64,000 bases of DNA from an uncultured Candidatus Saccharibacteria bacterium (GCA_964597675.1 CAZQYV010000002.1:7532-71531); one strand, 5' to 3'; numbered from the stretch's first letter, positions 46,648 to 56,657 are shown. Notes: generated from the sequence alone by a model not told the origin. Program-made: numbers and translations.

Positions 46648-47745
46648 TCACTCCAAAGAACACAAAATAGTGACGGTTTTCTTATCTGGTGATTGGAATC
46701 GCTTGGTTATGATTCCACCACCAAGATTTAATGGGGTCCCAGGAACGTATATCTCTTCCCACTCACCATTGACCAGAACCTTTACAGAAGTGTCTGGATC
46801 TGGTCTACATGTCATACTTCTGTCTTGCGGAGTGATGACGACATCACCCCACTTCCCGACAGGTGCCTCGACAATCCATGACTCCCGGAACTTTCGCTGA
46901 GTCCATGGAGCGAGACCGTACCGTGTTCGGAGGTGCAGCGCAGCTTGGAGGTTACCCTCGATGGTCGTAATATCCATCTGCGTCAGATCGATATCGAGGG
47001 CTTTTTGTTGGATGACCTCCTTGGCCCACCAGCCCTCGTTGATCTGCATGACGCCGACATCATCCTTGGCGCCATTTTGGTTGTGGTTTCTCACAACCGT
47101 TCCATCGTCGTTCCTCTGGTTACATCCAGATTCGTTTCTACAGATTATCACCATCTCTTCGACGGTGATATTGGGATGAGGATGACCATCCCAGAATTTC
47201 CTCACTGCCTCCGTGTCTTTTCCCTCTGCTTCCTTGGGTCGTAAGAGGGTAGGGTGCCAATTGCTTGGCAGAGGGGTGGCGTAGCGTGTCGGGCGGATAG
47301 TTTCTTTGACAATTGTTATTCCCTCATCACCACTAATCGTGTGGTAAAGAGATCTACCAACTGCAAATAGTCCAAGTGCGCAGAGAATTATCCCAATCTT
47401 TGATAGATATCCCTTTTGAGTACAGAGATAGAACCCAAGACCGAGAATGATCTGATACAACATGAACCATGGCTGTGACCACCACCTCACCCAGAACTCC
47501 GGGAACATCATCCACACAATCAAATGTATGGAGAAGATTCCAGCGAAGAGGAGTAGAAAGTTTTTCCATGCGTTCCACTTCTTTTTTATCCACTCCCTGG
47601 ATGCGGTTGGAGCAAGTGAGGTTTGTTGTCCGTTTTGCTGTCGTGGTTTCCTGATAAGCTTGTACCAAGCAACCACAAGTAGCAGTATAGTCGCACCAAC
47701 TGGTGCAACAATAAAGAGATAAAGCAGAATCGTTTTTATGTCCAC
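46648..47745 (-). CDS. membrane-anchored lytic transglycosylase (SLT domain; VirB1-like)
   Basis: N-terminal TM helices; NESGCN...VGVMQINEGW catalytic-Glu block. Confidence 0.6.
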   Translation of the reverse strand: MDIKTILLYLFIVAPVGATILLLVVAWYKLIRKPRQQNGQQTSLAPTASREWIKKKWNAWKNFLLLFAGIFSIHLIVWMMFPEFWVRWWSQPWFMLYQIILGLGFYLCTQKGYLSKIGIILCALGLFAVGRSLYHTISGDEGITIVKETIRPTRYATPLPSNWHPTLLRPKEAEGKDTEAVRKFWDGHPHPNITVEEMVIICRNESGCNQRNDDGTVVRNHNQNGAKDDVGVMQINEGWWAKEVIQQKALDIDLTQMDITTIEGNLQAALHLRTRYGLAPWTQRKFRESWIVEAPVGKWGDVVITPQDRSMTCRPDPDTSVKVLVNGEWEEIYVPGTPLNLGGGIITKRFQSPDKKTVTILCSLE

Positions 47746-49140
47746 CTACTCCTCCTTGTCAACACCAATCTGTACGCCACTACCACCGGCGACAAAAGTG
47801 CGCAATTTGCCGATTGCCTCGGCATCCTGCGAGTCCTTAATCGTCTCTTTTGCCATTGCGGCTGCGTCAGCAGCTGGAACGCCTTGTGTTGTATACATCT
47901 CAACCAACTCCTCGAACCGTTTCCGGTTGGCTTTGGCTAGACGCTCTGTGGCCTGTGCTTGCCCTTCAGCTCGAGTGATTGTGGCACGTTTTTCTCCATC
48001 TGCGGTGACTACAGCTGCTTCAGCGGTCTCCTTTGCGCTGACACGTTTTTCCATGATTGTCTGGATGGAGGAGTTAAGTTCCGGGTCACTCATGGTGAGT
48101 TGGATAAGATCTACACCGAGAATATCTAGTTCATGGTTGAATTTATCTAACTCAGCTTTTTCAAAGTCCTTCCCGGTTTCTTTATATTCCTCCCACGTTT
48201 TTGTTACCAATCGTTTTGACAGAAATCCTCCAATCAACTCACTCAGTGTCTGGAGGAAGTTGTCTTTATAGACGGTGAATGCCAGATTCGGGTCAAAGAC
48301 GCTGACGATCGCGTAGCTGATCACGCTGAATCTGACACCATCCTTAGTATCAAGGTCCTGGTGTAAAGTCGGTCGGTAGATCCGTCTATACAAGCCATAC
48401 CGCTTTACCACACTACCGACCAATTGCCCCATAATAGAGGTATTCTTGGAGGTCTGACTGTCGACATTTACCACACGGTCGATAAACAGTGGGCGTAGAG
48501 AACTGATGAGTGGTGGGCCAAAGCGACGCATACCAAACTTTTCCCTGATTTTTTTATAAAACAAGGTTTCATTTTCATATGGATTGGCTGCGTCATCGAT
48601 CCTTTTCGTGGCAGTGTTATATGTTGCATTAGGTAAGATGTATTCGACAATTGGTCCATTTTTTTCATCCCACCCAGTTACAACCGCACGAATGACATTA
48701 GGTGTGTCGGGAATAAATCCCAAAATTTGCCATATATTTTTCGGATCGTCACCCGAGTTTTCAGGTGGTTTGACCAGAAGTACCGCTAGGGTTGCCAGCA
48801 GTATTGCAAACGTCATCATGGCTGATATTACGCCAAGCATCGCCAACAACACAGTCGTGCCGTAGTTCATAAACAAAAGTACGACAAGCGAGATGATGAT
48901 TAGTACGACGACCACCAGAAGGATAGTGGGTAATAGGTTGACTATCACCGACACCCAAAGGTTGAGGGCGACGCTCCATGAGGTTGATTTTTTTTCTGGC
49001 TCATGGCTTACATTTTCCTCATATGGTATGAGGGAGAGATCATCCTCTTCCTTCTTTTTACCAGGACGGTAATAAAAGAAGAGCAACCCCATTGCAAGGG
49101 CAATCACAACCACTGCAATTAAAGACACAATTCCAAGCAT
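47746..49140 (-). CDS. SPFH/band-7 domain membrane protein
   Basis: C-terminal RVSAKETAEAAVVTADGEKRATITRAEGQAQA...GGSGVQIG; N-terminal TM region. Confidence 0.6.
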   Translation of the reverse strand: MLGIVSLIAVVVIALAMGLLFFYYRPGKKKEEDDLSLIPYEENVSHEPEKKSTSWSVALNLWVSVIVNLLPTILLVVVVLIIISLVVLLFMNYGTTVLLAMLGVISAMMTFAILLATLAVLLVKPPENSGDDPKNIWQILGFIPDTPNVIRAVVTGWDEKNGPIVEYILPNATYNTATKRIDDAANPYENETLFYKKIREKFGMRRFGPPLISSLRPLFIDRVVNVDSQTSKNTSIMGQLVGSVVKRYGLYRRIYRPTLHQDLDTKDGVRFSVISYAIVSVFDPNLAFTVYKDNFLQTLSELIGGFLSKRLVTKTWEEYKETGKDFEKAELDKFNHELDILGVDLIQLTMSDPELNSSIQTIMEKRVSAKETAEAAVVTADGEKRATITRAEGQAQATERLAKANRKRFEELVEMYTTQGVPAADAAAMAKETIKDSQDAEAIGKLRTFVAGGSGVQIGVDKEE

Positions 49141-49315
49141 TTTCGTCTCCCTTTCAAAGTTCTAGGGTGGGGAATGCCCACCTTTTGTTCCGTGTATATT
49201 CTATCATGAAATCATCCAAAAGTCAACTATTTTCGAGCGTCAAAATATGGCTTTACAGAGGGGGGGTGGAATTGTATATAAAATATAAAATTTTTTTTGT
49301 TATAATATTATGTAA

Positions 49316-49702
49316 ATGAAAAAAGATTTTCAGGAATGGCACAAAAGTAAAAGTGATATAGATGAACATAAAATACGTGCGTTTTTTCATGAACGAGAAA
49401 TTTGGTTTACGTCACTTGGTCTTAATGTTGGTTTTGAACAAGATGGAAGGGGAGATAAATTCTTGCGCCCTATAATTATATTGAAAAAATTTAATAATGA
49501 GGTGCTGTGGTGTATTCCACTCACTAAAAATCATAAAAAAGGAAAATATTACTTCTCCTTTCATCTTGAAGATAAAATTAGTACAGCAATTCTTTCCCAA
49601 ATTAGATTAGTTGATGCAAAACGCTTACAATACAAAATTGGTGATATTAGCGAAGAAAATTTTGATGAGTTAAAACAAAAACTCATACAATTGCTTGCAT
49701 GA
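49316..49702 (+). CDS. PemK/MazF-family toxin-like protein (mRNA interferase fold)
   Basis: RPIIILKKFNNEVLWCIPLTKN motif; no obvious antitoxin partner. Confidence 0.5.
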   Translation: MKKDFQEWHKSKSDIDEHKIRAFFHEREIWFTSLGLNVGFEQDGRGDKFLRPIIILKKFNNEVLWCIPLTKNHKKGKYYFSFHLEDKISTAILSQIRLVDAKRLQYKIGDISEENFDELKQKLIQLLA

Positions 49703-49784
49703 GTTTTTGATTATTTACCCCTTGCGGGGAGGGCCGAAGCCATTTGTAATACAAGTATAGCAGATGATTGATGCGTGTCAAGTT

Positions 49785-49951
49785 GTGGCGAGAGAGGAAT
49801 CTTGACCATTACATGGTCAGTACACCTTTTCTATTTTTTACTTCGCTCCACTCGTAAAAAATTATCAAAGGTTTTCAAGTCCTCACGAAAGCCGTGTCAA
49901 CGGCTTTCTTCTCGTCCCAAACAAAAAACAGCATAAAGCTGTTTTGTATTT
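49785..49951 (-). repeat. tRNA-Leu(TAG) downstream module: hairpins, inverted T-arm copy (ggacttgaa), degenerate direct copy of tRNA 3' end (49785-49807)
   Basis: gtggcgagagaggaatcttgacc vs tRNA gtgggcgagagaggacttgaacc. Confidence 0.55.
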
Positions 49952-50034
49952 GTGGGCGAGAGAGGACTTGAACCTCCACGGATTACTCCACCAGTTCCTA
50001 AGACTGGCGCGTTTACCAATTACGCCACTCGCCC
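49952..50034 (-). tRNA. tRNA-Leu (anticodon TAG)
   Basis: rc: GGGCGAG...CCAGT-ctTAGga-ACTGG, long variable arm, GGAGG-TTCAAGT-CCTCT, CTCGCCC-A. Confidence 0.85.
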
Positions 50035-50134
50035 AATACGTACACTCTACTGTATTTTGAGAAAAAAATAAAGAAGGCTGATATATAGCACTATTCCGCT
50101 TGTTTTGCAGTATCTTTGTGTCTTGGATATTTCG

Positions 50135-50260
50135 CTCGTCGTCACTCGCGAAATTCCTCCGACCCAGACCTCGCTGGTTTTGCCTACTGGCAAAACATAG
50201 CTCCGGTCTGCACATGTACGAGAAAGCCCCATGCAGATGGGGCTTTCTCGTACATGTGCA
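50135..50260 (-). repeat. tRNA-Lys downstream variant module: 23-bp perfect hairpin (50209-50260, overlaps last 4 nt of tRNA) and GAGTGACGACGAG box (rc at 50135-50147)
   Basis: tgcacatgtacgagaaagcccca-tgcaga-tggggctttctcgtacatgtgca. Confidence 0.7.
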
Positions 50261-50329
50261 CCCAGCAGGGATCGAACCTGCGACATTCTCCTTAAGAGGG
50301 AGCTACTCTACCAGCTGAGTTATGGGTGC
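50257..50329 (-). tRNA. tRNA-Lys (anticodon CTT)
   Basis: rc: GCACCCA-TA-ACTC-AGCTGGTA-GAGT-A-GCTCC-ctCTTaa-GGAGA-ATGTC-GCAGG-TTCGATC-CCTGC-TGGGTGC-A. Confidence 0.85.
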
Positions 50330-50392
50330 AAACTATTTCAAACAAATTTACAGTAACATAAAATGATATTTTTTAAAAATATAATTTTATTT

Positions 50393-50565
50393 GTGCCCGA
50401 GGTGGAAATCTTCCGCGATTCAAAACTCGCCGTCGCTCATTTTGGTCGTGTCCGCGACTCGCGACCAGTCGTGCTCGACTGGTACCCGCTCCGTCTTTCG
50501 ATTCCCAACGTAAAGTCGTAACACGACTTTACTCTCGTGCTCAAAAACTATATACATAGTTTTTG
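50393..50565 (-). repeat. tRNA-Leu(TAA) downstream module: inverted T-arm copy, 9-bp hairpin (50464-50485), GAGCGACGGCGAG box (rc 50426-50438), degenerate direct copy of tRNA 3' end (50393-50410)
   Basis: tgcccgaggtggaaatc vs tRNA tgcccggagtgggaatc. Confidence 0.6.
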
Positions 50566-50647
50566 TGCCCGGAGTGGGAATCGAACCCACATCCCTTGCG
50601 AGACACGATTTTAAGTCGTGCGCGTATACCAATTCCGCCATCCGGGC
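50566..50647 (-). tRNA. tRNA-Leu (anticodon TAA)
   Basis: rc: GCCCGGA...CACGA-ctTAAaa-TCGTG, long variable arm, GTGGG-TTCGATT-CCCAC, TCCGGGC-A. Confidence 0.85.
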
Positions 50648-50709
50648 AATATAATTATAAAAAACATTCCGTCGGTTCAATTCCGCTAGAAAAAGCGCTG
50701 CTTTTTCTG

Positions 50710-50781
50710 AGGCCTGGGGCGGAATTGAACCGCCGTATATTCCTTTTGCAGAGGAATGCCTTACCACTTGGCTACCAGGCC
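50710..50781 (-). tRNA. tRNA-Cys (anticodon GCA)
   Basis: rc: GGCCTGG-TA-GCCA-AGTGGTAA-GGCA-T-TCCTC-tGCAaaa... GGCGG-TTCAATT-CCGCC-CCAGGCC-T; downstream hairpin + inverted T-arm copy (50664-50709). Confidence 0.8.
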
Positions 50782-50785
50782 GTTA

Positions 50786-51109
50786 TTATTCTTGATTCAA
50801 TAAATTATCAATCTTTTGACGATTTTTTTCACCAAGATCAATCTCAAAGTCCATCTGAGGAATTCTACCTAATTTTGAATTATTTTGCACGTAGTGTTTG
50901 AATTCACTTCGCTTTCGTTTTGCAAATTCTAGTGCAGTTTTTTGAAATGTGTCAGGAAAAACTGTAAAGAAAATAGTGGCACGTTTGCCATCTGAAGACA
51001 GCACTGTACTTGTCACTGTGACTAGTGATGAGCCATTATTTTCCATTTCCAAAAACCGCGCTGCTAGGTCGTGTATGATTTCAGTGATTCTTTCTTTTCG
51101 TATACTCAT
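50786..51109 (-). CDS. rbfA: ribosome-binding factor A
   Basis: KRATIFFTVFPDT... RbfA KH-like motif; immediately downstream of infB. Confidence 0.75.
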   Translation of the reverse strand: MSIRKERITEIIHDLAARFLEMENNGSSLVTVTSTVLSSDGKRATIFFTVFPDTFQKTALEFAKRKRSEFKHYVQNNSKLGRIPQMDFEIDLGEKNRQKIDNLLNQE

Positions 51110-51110
51110 A

Positions 51111-52607
51111 TTATTTTTCTACAATAATGAAACTTTCAATATAGTCTCCGGGTGCAAGTTCAACTTTGGCTTCAATCATCGCTCCGCATTCCTTGCCCTC
51201 CGCCACCTCGTCACTACGGTTTTTTTGCTGCTGGAGTTCCTTTATTTTTCCTTCACCAATCTCTGCGTCTCGTCGCATTATTGTCACTAGCCCTCCAAGT
51301 TTTATCACACCACTTTCGACGCGTGCGCCAATAATTTGACGGTCTTTGATTTTACTAAATGTCTTTAATATCTTTGCTCGTCCAGTCGATTCTTTGGTTT
51401 GTATTTTAGGTGTTCGGTTTACAAGCACATCTGCTAGCCATTCGCTCAGTTTGTAAATAATATTAAATGTTTGGATCTCGATTTCTTGGCGTTCTGCAAG
51501 ATTGCGAGCTGAACTATCTATCTTTGTGTTGAATCCAATGACGATTGCATTTTTGCTTGCGCAGGCCAACTGAATATCACTGTCAGAGATTGCTCCAATG
51601 CTTGCAGACACCACATCGACACGAACACGATCTGATGTAAGTTTTTTGATCTCGTATAACACTGCCTCCAGACTTCCACCTGCATCAGCTTTTATAATAA
51701 CTGGGACTGCGTATGTGTTTGGATCAAATGTTGCATTTGTTTTTACTGCACGGTGTTCCTTTTCCTCTGTGACATATCCTTCTGCTTCGGTCCTAGTCAC
51801 ATATGTGTGGAAAGGGGACCCAACGATTGGTAAACTGTCCCAACCAATAATACGCACGGGGCTTGATGCACTCATTTCATTCATTTGCGATCCGAGATAG
51901 TTTTCCATGATGCGTACAGGCGCCGTACTTTCTCCAGCCGCAATAAACTCACCTTTTTTAATTGTGCCGTTTTTAATTATACATGTTGCAGTGATACCTT
52001 TTTTGACATCACGATTACTCTCTATTACTACACCACTACCGTGTGCCGTAGTGTCGGTAGTCAATTCTTGCATTTCAGCAACAAGCAGAATCATATCCAA
52101 TAGTTCTGGAATACCTTCACCTGTTTTCGATGAGAGTGAAACAACAGGAATATCCCCGCCATACCCTTCGATGTATATTTCATTTTCTGCTAGAGATTGT
52201 TTTGTGCGCTCGATATTTGCTTCTGGTTTATCAATTTTATTGATAGCAACAATGTAAGGTGTCTTGCTGTCTGTAATCGATTTCAGCGCCTCGATTGTCT
52301 GTGGTTTAACTCCGTCCTCTGCAGAAACGACGAGGATTGCAATATCGGCAACGTTTGCACCACGTCTTCGAATACCAGAAAACGCCTCGTGGCCGGGGGT
52401 GTCGATAAAAGTAATTTTGTGTGTTTTACCGTCGCTACTCTCGTGCTCTACCTCATAGGCAGAGACATGCTGGGTGATACCTCCAGCTTCGTTTAAAGGC
52501 TGGGTGCTTTTTCTAATATAGGCGAGGAGTGTTGATTTGCCATGGTCTATATGTCCCATGATTGCAATGACTGGCGCGCGTTCTGTAGTGTGTGTTTTTT
52601 CTGTCAT
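51111..52607 (-). CDS. infB: translation initiation factor IF-2 (short form, 498 aa)
   Basis: [28 protein letters not shown] GTPase motifs; C-terminal beta-barrel domains. Confidence 0.85.
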   Translation of the reverse strand: MTEKTHTTERAPVIAIMGHIDHGKSTLLAYIRKSTQPLNEAGGITQHVSAYEVEHESSDGKTHKITFIDTPGHEAFSGIRRRGANVADIAILVVSAEDGVKPQTIEALKSITDSKTPYIVAINKIDKPEANIERTKQSLAENEIYIEGYGGDIPVVSLSSKTGEGIPELLDMILLVAEMQELTTDTTAHGSGVVIESNRDVKKGITATCIIKNGTIKKGEFIAAGESTAPVRIMENYLGSQMNEMSASSPVRIIGWDSLPIVGSPFHTYVTRTEAEGYVTEEKEHRAVKTNATFDPNTYAVPVIIKADAGGSLEAVLYEIKKLTSDRVRVDVVSASIGAISDSDIQLACASKNAIVIGFNTKIDSSARNLAERQEIEIQTFNIIYKLSEWLADVLVNRTPKIQTKESTGRAKILKTFSKIKDRQIIGARVESGVIKLGGLVTIMRRDAEIGEGKIKELQQQKNRSDEVAEGKECGAMIEAKVELAPGDYIESFIIVEK

Positions 52608-52639
52608 GGTGATGTGGGTTATATAGTGCGGGCATGAAA

Positions 52640-53125
52640 TTAATATTCCAAATGTTTTTTTGCTTCTTCAACAATTCCTTTTTCTTCGTCGGTTAGTTCG
52701 TATTCACTTTTAAATGCACCAAGTGGTTTTGCAAACATACTGATGCGATCTCGGGAATATAGACTAGACATGACCAAACCGTCACCATGTTCATCTACAA
52801 GTGTTGTCGAGAAACTTTGGCTCCCTCCGTCTCCTGTTCCTTTAAACGGATTAAAGCGGATAGTTTCAACTGCTTGGATACTGCGTCTCAACCGGAGTTC
52901 AACATTCTTAAAATATGAAATTGAATCCTTTTTAAATGTATCAAGTTCCTCCAATTTTGTATGTGCTTCTACTATCGAATCTTCCAGTGATCGAGCATTT
53001 TTTCCGATGAGCAGACGGTGTATTTTTATTTCAAGTCGTATAATCCATCCAATAAGCACCACAATAATGCCAATACCAGCATATGTTGCGATGAGTGGAT
53101 CTATAATCATTTCGTCATTATACAT
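52640..53125 (-). CDS. membrane-anchored DUF4446-like protein
   Basis: N-terminal TM; RFNPFKGTGDGGSQSFSTTLVDEHGDGLVMSSLYSRD block. Confidence 0.45.
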   Translation of the reverse strand: MYNDEMIIDPLIATYAGIGIIVVLIGWIIRLEIKIHRLLIGKNARSLEDSIVEAHTKLEELDTFKKDSISYFKNVELRLRRSIQAVETIRFNPFKGTGDGGSQSFSTTLVDEHGDGLVMSSLYSRDRISMFAKPLGAFKSEYELTDEEKGIVEEAKKHLEY

Positions 53126-53173
53126 AAAAATTTATCTTTTGCAAAATATATTGTGCAGTGTATAGTGTATAAT

Positions 53174-54340
53174 ATGTCATCATCTCATGAACGAATATTT
53201 CTCGACTACGCGTCACAGACACCGATTGATCCAAACGTACTCGAAAAAATGAATGCTTATGCATTGAGCAACTACGCAAATCCGTCTGCTCTGTATAGCG
53301 AGGCACTAGGGGCAAAAGAAGCCATGACTATTGCTCGTGGAGATTGTGCGCGGGTACTGGGCTGCCAGTCGAGTGAAATTATTTTTACGTCTGGTGGAAC
53401 AGAATCAAATAATCTTGCATTGTATGGTATCTGTCGTGCATATCAAAAAAAAGGCAAGACTCCCCATATTATTACATCCACGATCGAGCATTCATCTGTG
53501 CTAGAGGTGTGCAAGGATCTTGATGGATTAGGTGTATCTGTCACATATATTCCTGTCTCTACAGACGGTGTTATTTCTGTGACTGATATTGAAAAAGCAC
53601 TGACTCCGGACACAGTACTTGTCACTATCATGTCTGCTAATAATGAAATAGGTACGATACAGCCAATTCGTGAGATTGTACGTATGGTCAAGGCATATCG
53701 AGAAAAAAATAATACAGATTTTCCGTATGTGCATACAGATGCCTGTCAGAGTGCTCTTTATATGTCGCTCGATATGAATTCACTCGGTGTGGATCTCCTG
53801 ACTCTTGATGGCATAAAAATGTATGGCCCACGTGGTATGGGACTTTTGTATGTACGAAAAGGCGTTGATCTGGAACCCTTAGTCCAAGGTGGTGGACAAG
53901 AGGGTGGTCTACGGAGCGGTACAGAAAACGTCTCTGGAATGATTGGTCTTGCATATGCACTTGATATCGCTGATTCATATCGAGATATGGAAACAGAGAG
54001 ACTAATAGTACTTCGTGACTACGCAATTTCTGAAATACAAAAACAATTTCCAAATGCAACGCTCAATGGCTCACCGACTGATCGTTTACCAAACAATATT
54101 AATATTTGTTTTCCAGATCTCGATGCTGAATTTGCGGTGATTTCTCTTGATGTGCAGGGGATTGCGGTGTCGTATTCATCGGCATGTAGGACGCTCAAAG
54201 AAGATTCATCATCATATGTAATAGAGGCACTTGGTAAACAGGAATGTGCTTCATCGAGTCTGCGCATCACAATGGGTCGCGAAACAACTCGTGAACACAT
54301 AAACCGCCTAGTGCAAGCGCTCCAAAAAGTGGTGGCATAA
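53174..54340 (+). CDS. cysteine desulfurase (class V aminotransferase, NifS/IscS-like)
   Basis: PLP-fold blocks: FTSGGTESNNLA, HTDACQS, SSACRTLKEDSSSYVIEALG; start at Met53 of ORF 53018. Confidence 0.75.
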   Translation: MSSSHERIFLDYASQTPIDPNVLEKMNAYALSNYANPSALYSEALGAKEAMTIARGDCARVLGCQSSEIIFTSGGTESNNLALYGICRAYQKKGKTPHIITSTIEHSSVLEVCKDLDGLGVSVTYIPVSTDGVISVTDIEKALTPDTVLVTIMSANNEIGTIQPIREIVRMVKAYREKNNTDFPYVHTDACQSALYMSLDMNSLGVDLLTLDGIKMYGPRGMGLLYVRKGVDLEPLVQGGGQEGGLRSGTENVSGMIGLAYALDIADSYRDMETERLIVLRDYAISEIQKQFPNATLNGSPTDRLPNNINICFPDLDAEFAVISLDVQGIAVSYSSACRTLKEDSSSYVIEALGKQECASSSLRITMGRETTREHINRLVQALQKVVA

Positions 54341-54344
54341 AAAA

Positions 54345-54385
54345 AGAGGGGGTGAAGTTCATCACTTCTCCCCCTTTTTCGTTCG
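54345..54385 (+). terminator. rho-independent terminator
   Basis: agggggtgaagttcatcacttctccccc + TTTTTC. Confidence 0.55.
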
Positions 54386-54517
54386 GAGGATCTTTTTCAC
54401 CTTTTGGCGAAACTCATCCTCCTTCTCTTTGGCGACCTTGGCCGCTTGTACTGGGTCGGTTGGAGTGGTTTTTGCACCCAATCGCACTCCAGTAAAATTT
54501 TTGGTATTCATAACGTT
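54365..54517 (-). CDS. possible 50-aa Lys-rich small protein (GC-rich, below ORF-track cutoff)
   Basis: ATG...TGA reading MNTKNFTGVRLGAKTTPTDPVQAAKVAKEKEDEFRQKVKKILRTKKGEK with AAGGA upstream. Confidence 0.25.
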
Positions 54518-54550
54518 CCTTTTATATTAAATCATTAATTGAAATAAATG

Positions 54551-55690
54551 TCAATTGATTGTATCATACTTTATAATTTTACTCTTATTGGTATCACTTT
54601 GCTTTGACACAAGTGTTATTCGTTTAATCTCATTTTTTCCGACTGCAATCACTGAATCAATATTGTGAATAAAGGATAAATTACGTGGCAATCTTGTTTT
54701 AGTGACTAGTTTTGTTTCTGTTTCTCGTAATTTTGAAATAATCATTTCAGCATCTTCATTCCCAACATATCCTTCAGATATACCGATGTTTATCTCTTCC
54801 TCAAGGATTTTGAGATATTTCTTTAATAGCCATGCCTTTTGTTTATTATTCAAATCATCCAATCCAAGCCGACTTAAAAACAAATCAGGATTAAATCCTG
54901 CAGGATCGGTACACAGATCTTCCAGCACTTCGAGTACCTCGCTGATATTTCCAGTCATGTGCTCAATTGGTATTCCCTCCGCTAGTCCATATAGATATTC
55001 ACTTTCAAGATCCTCTATACCCATAACAGCAGAATCAATCCATTCTCGATGAGTTTTCGTAATTTCTTCCTGCTCATATTCTGGTGGTATGCTTGATTTA
55101 ATCTGAATGAGACTCATGGTTTCAATTGATTCATCCTCACCGTATATCATCTCAACCAGATCAATCTTGTAGTGTGCATCTAGCCCAGTTTCAAAATAAA
55201 AATCATAGGATTGTGCTGGTGACAGGTTTAAAATTGCTTTTCTGCCACGTATGAAATTCACAACACTTTTAATTCCGTTTGATCTAATGTCAATTTCACC
55301 ACGAGTTATTTTTTCAAATTGTTTTGGGGTGACATCAATTGCACCTCTCCTACTCATAATATATTTTTTGAAACCAGTATTAAACTGTCTCACGATACTA
55401 TCTATTTCATCATCAGATAAATTTTCAGCGTATTCAACAAATAGATTCTCGATATGAGCGAAACCACTCACATTACCATTTTCCTTTTTTTTCAGGGCAA
55501 TGAGTAGATTTTCATACATTGCGGCATTTCCCACAAGCTCATTTTGTGCCTCAGCAAGTGCTTCATTTCGGTTTATCTTGTCATGTGGTTTTGACACATC
55601 GAGCATATCAAGTCTTCTTTCACTATGATCTGGAATATTCTGTGCATTTGGCTTTGATTCGATGGTATATATGTGTGGAGGTCTTTCCAT
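54551..55690 (-). CDS. hypothetical protein (no recognisable domain)
   Basis: long acidic ORF; start taken at Met31 (TATATAAT upstream) to avoid overlap with divergent gene. Confidence 0.45.
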   Translation of the reverse strand: MERPPHIYTIESKPNAQNIPDHSERRLDMLDVSKPHDKINRNEALAEAQNELVGNAAMYENLLIALKKKENGNVSGFAHIENLFVEYAENLSDDEIDSIVRQFNTGFKKYIMSRRGAIDVTPKQFEKITRGEIDIRSNGIKSVVNFIRGRKAILNLSPAQSYDFYFETGLDAHYKIDLVEMIYGEDESIETMSLIQIKSSIPPEYEQEEITKTHREWIDSAVMGIEDLESEYLYGLAEGIPIEHMTGNISEVLEVLEDLCTDPAGFNPDLFLSRLGLDDLNNKQKAWLLKKYLKILEEEINIGISEGYVGNEDAEMIISKLRETETKLVTKTRLPRNLSFIHNIDSVIAVGKNEIKRITLVSKQSDTNKSKIIKYDTIN

Positions 55691-55756
55691 AATTTGTATT
55701 ATATAAAATATAACAGGATATTTACTCTCTAATCTGATGGTGATATTATACAGTGT

Positions 55757-56575
55757 ATGGAGGACCTCAACAAGAACCAAATTATATTACTGACATTATT
55801 GGTTAGTTTTGTTACATCTATTGCCACAGGCATCATGACAGTCTCTTTGCTCCAGCAGGCACCTATCGAGGTGACTCGAAACATAAATCGTGTTGTGGAA
55901 AAGACAATTGAAAAAGTCACTCCAGCAGATATTTTGGGTCCAAAAAATACAGAAGTTACGACGGTAGTGGTCAAGGAAGAGGATTTGGTTATTGATGCCA
56001 TAAACAAAAATGTTAAAAGTATTGTACGTATAAAGGAACGTGATGGATTAGGTGAAACTACATTTTATGGAATGGGACTTGTCGTTTCAAAAGATGGCTT
56101 GGTAATTGCCGACCGGCAGACAATTCATACAGACAGTGCTTACTTTGTTGTTATAGATGGAGTTGATGTTTATATCAATCCAGTCGGAGTGGACAAAAAA
56201 ACAGATTTCCTTTTGTTTAAGGCAGCACCTGCAAAAGATAAAAAATTTGATTTTGTTCCGGCTACTTTTGCTGGAGTGGATCCAAAATTAGGTCAGTCTG
56301 TCGTGGCACTTGGTGGCGATGCTTCCAACGCAGTGGCGGTCGGGCGAGTCATTTCATTTTCTATGCGAGAGTCTGGTACTGGATCAACTACAGTAAAATA
56401 TGTATCAGGCATTGATACCGATATTGTCAGTCGTGATTTGGTAGCAGGTAGCCCTATTTTTACATTAGCAGGGGATATTGTTGGCATGCACACATCAGGT
56501 GGGTCTGGGAAAATATTCACATCATCCCAGCTTCTAAAGAAGGATTTAGCGACTCTTTCAGAGCTCATTAAATAG
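55757..56575 (+). CDS. membrane-anchored trypsin-like serine peptidase (S1/HtrA-like core, no PDZ)
   Basis: N-terminal TM; GSPIFTLAGDIVGMHTSGGSG catalytic-Ser region. Confidence 0.55.
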   Translation: MEDLNKNQIILLTLLVSFVTSIATGIMTVSLLQQAPIEVTRNINRVVEKTIEKVTPADILGPKNTEVTTVVVKEEDLVIDAINKNVKSIVRIKERDGLGETTFYGMGLVVSKDGLVIADRQTIHTDSAYFVVIDGVDVYINPVGVDKKTDFLLFKAAPAKDKKFDFVPATFAGVDPKLGQSVVALGGDASNAVAVGRVISFSMRESGTGSTTVKYVSGIDTDIVSRDLVAGSPIFTLAGDIVGMHTSGGSGKIFTSSQLLKKDLATLSELIK

Positions 56576-56657
56576 TATTTTGTAGATAATAATGGTACTT
56601 TTACACATTGACTTTTGTGTTTTTTACCTATATAGTTAACATGTAAACTATCATCAT

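Noticed and set aside
50420-50767. 115-aa minus-strand ORF (…MAELVYAHDLKSCLARDVGSIPTPGTK…)
   Set aside because: It is a translation through the tRNA-Leu(TAA)/tRNA-Cys genes (GSIPT comes from the T-loop); same for ORF 62357..62539 over tRNA-Leu(CAA).
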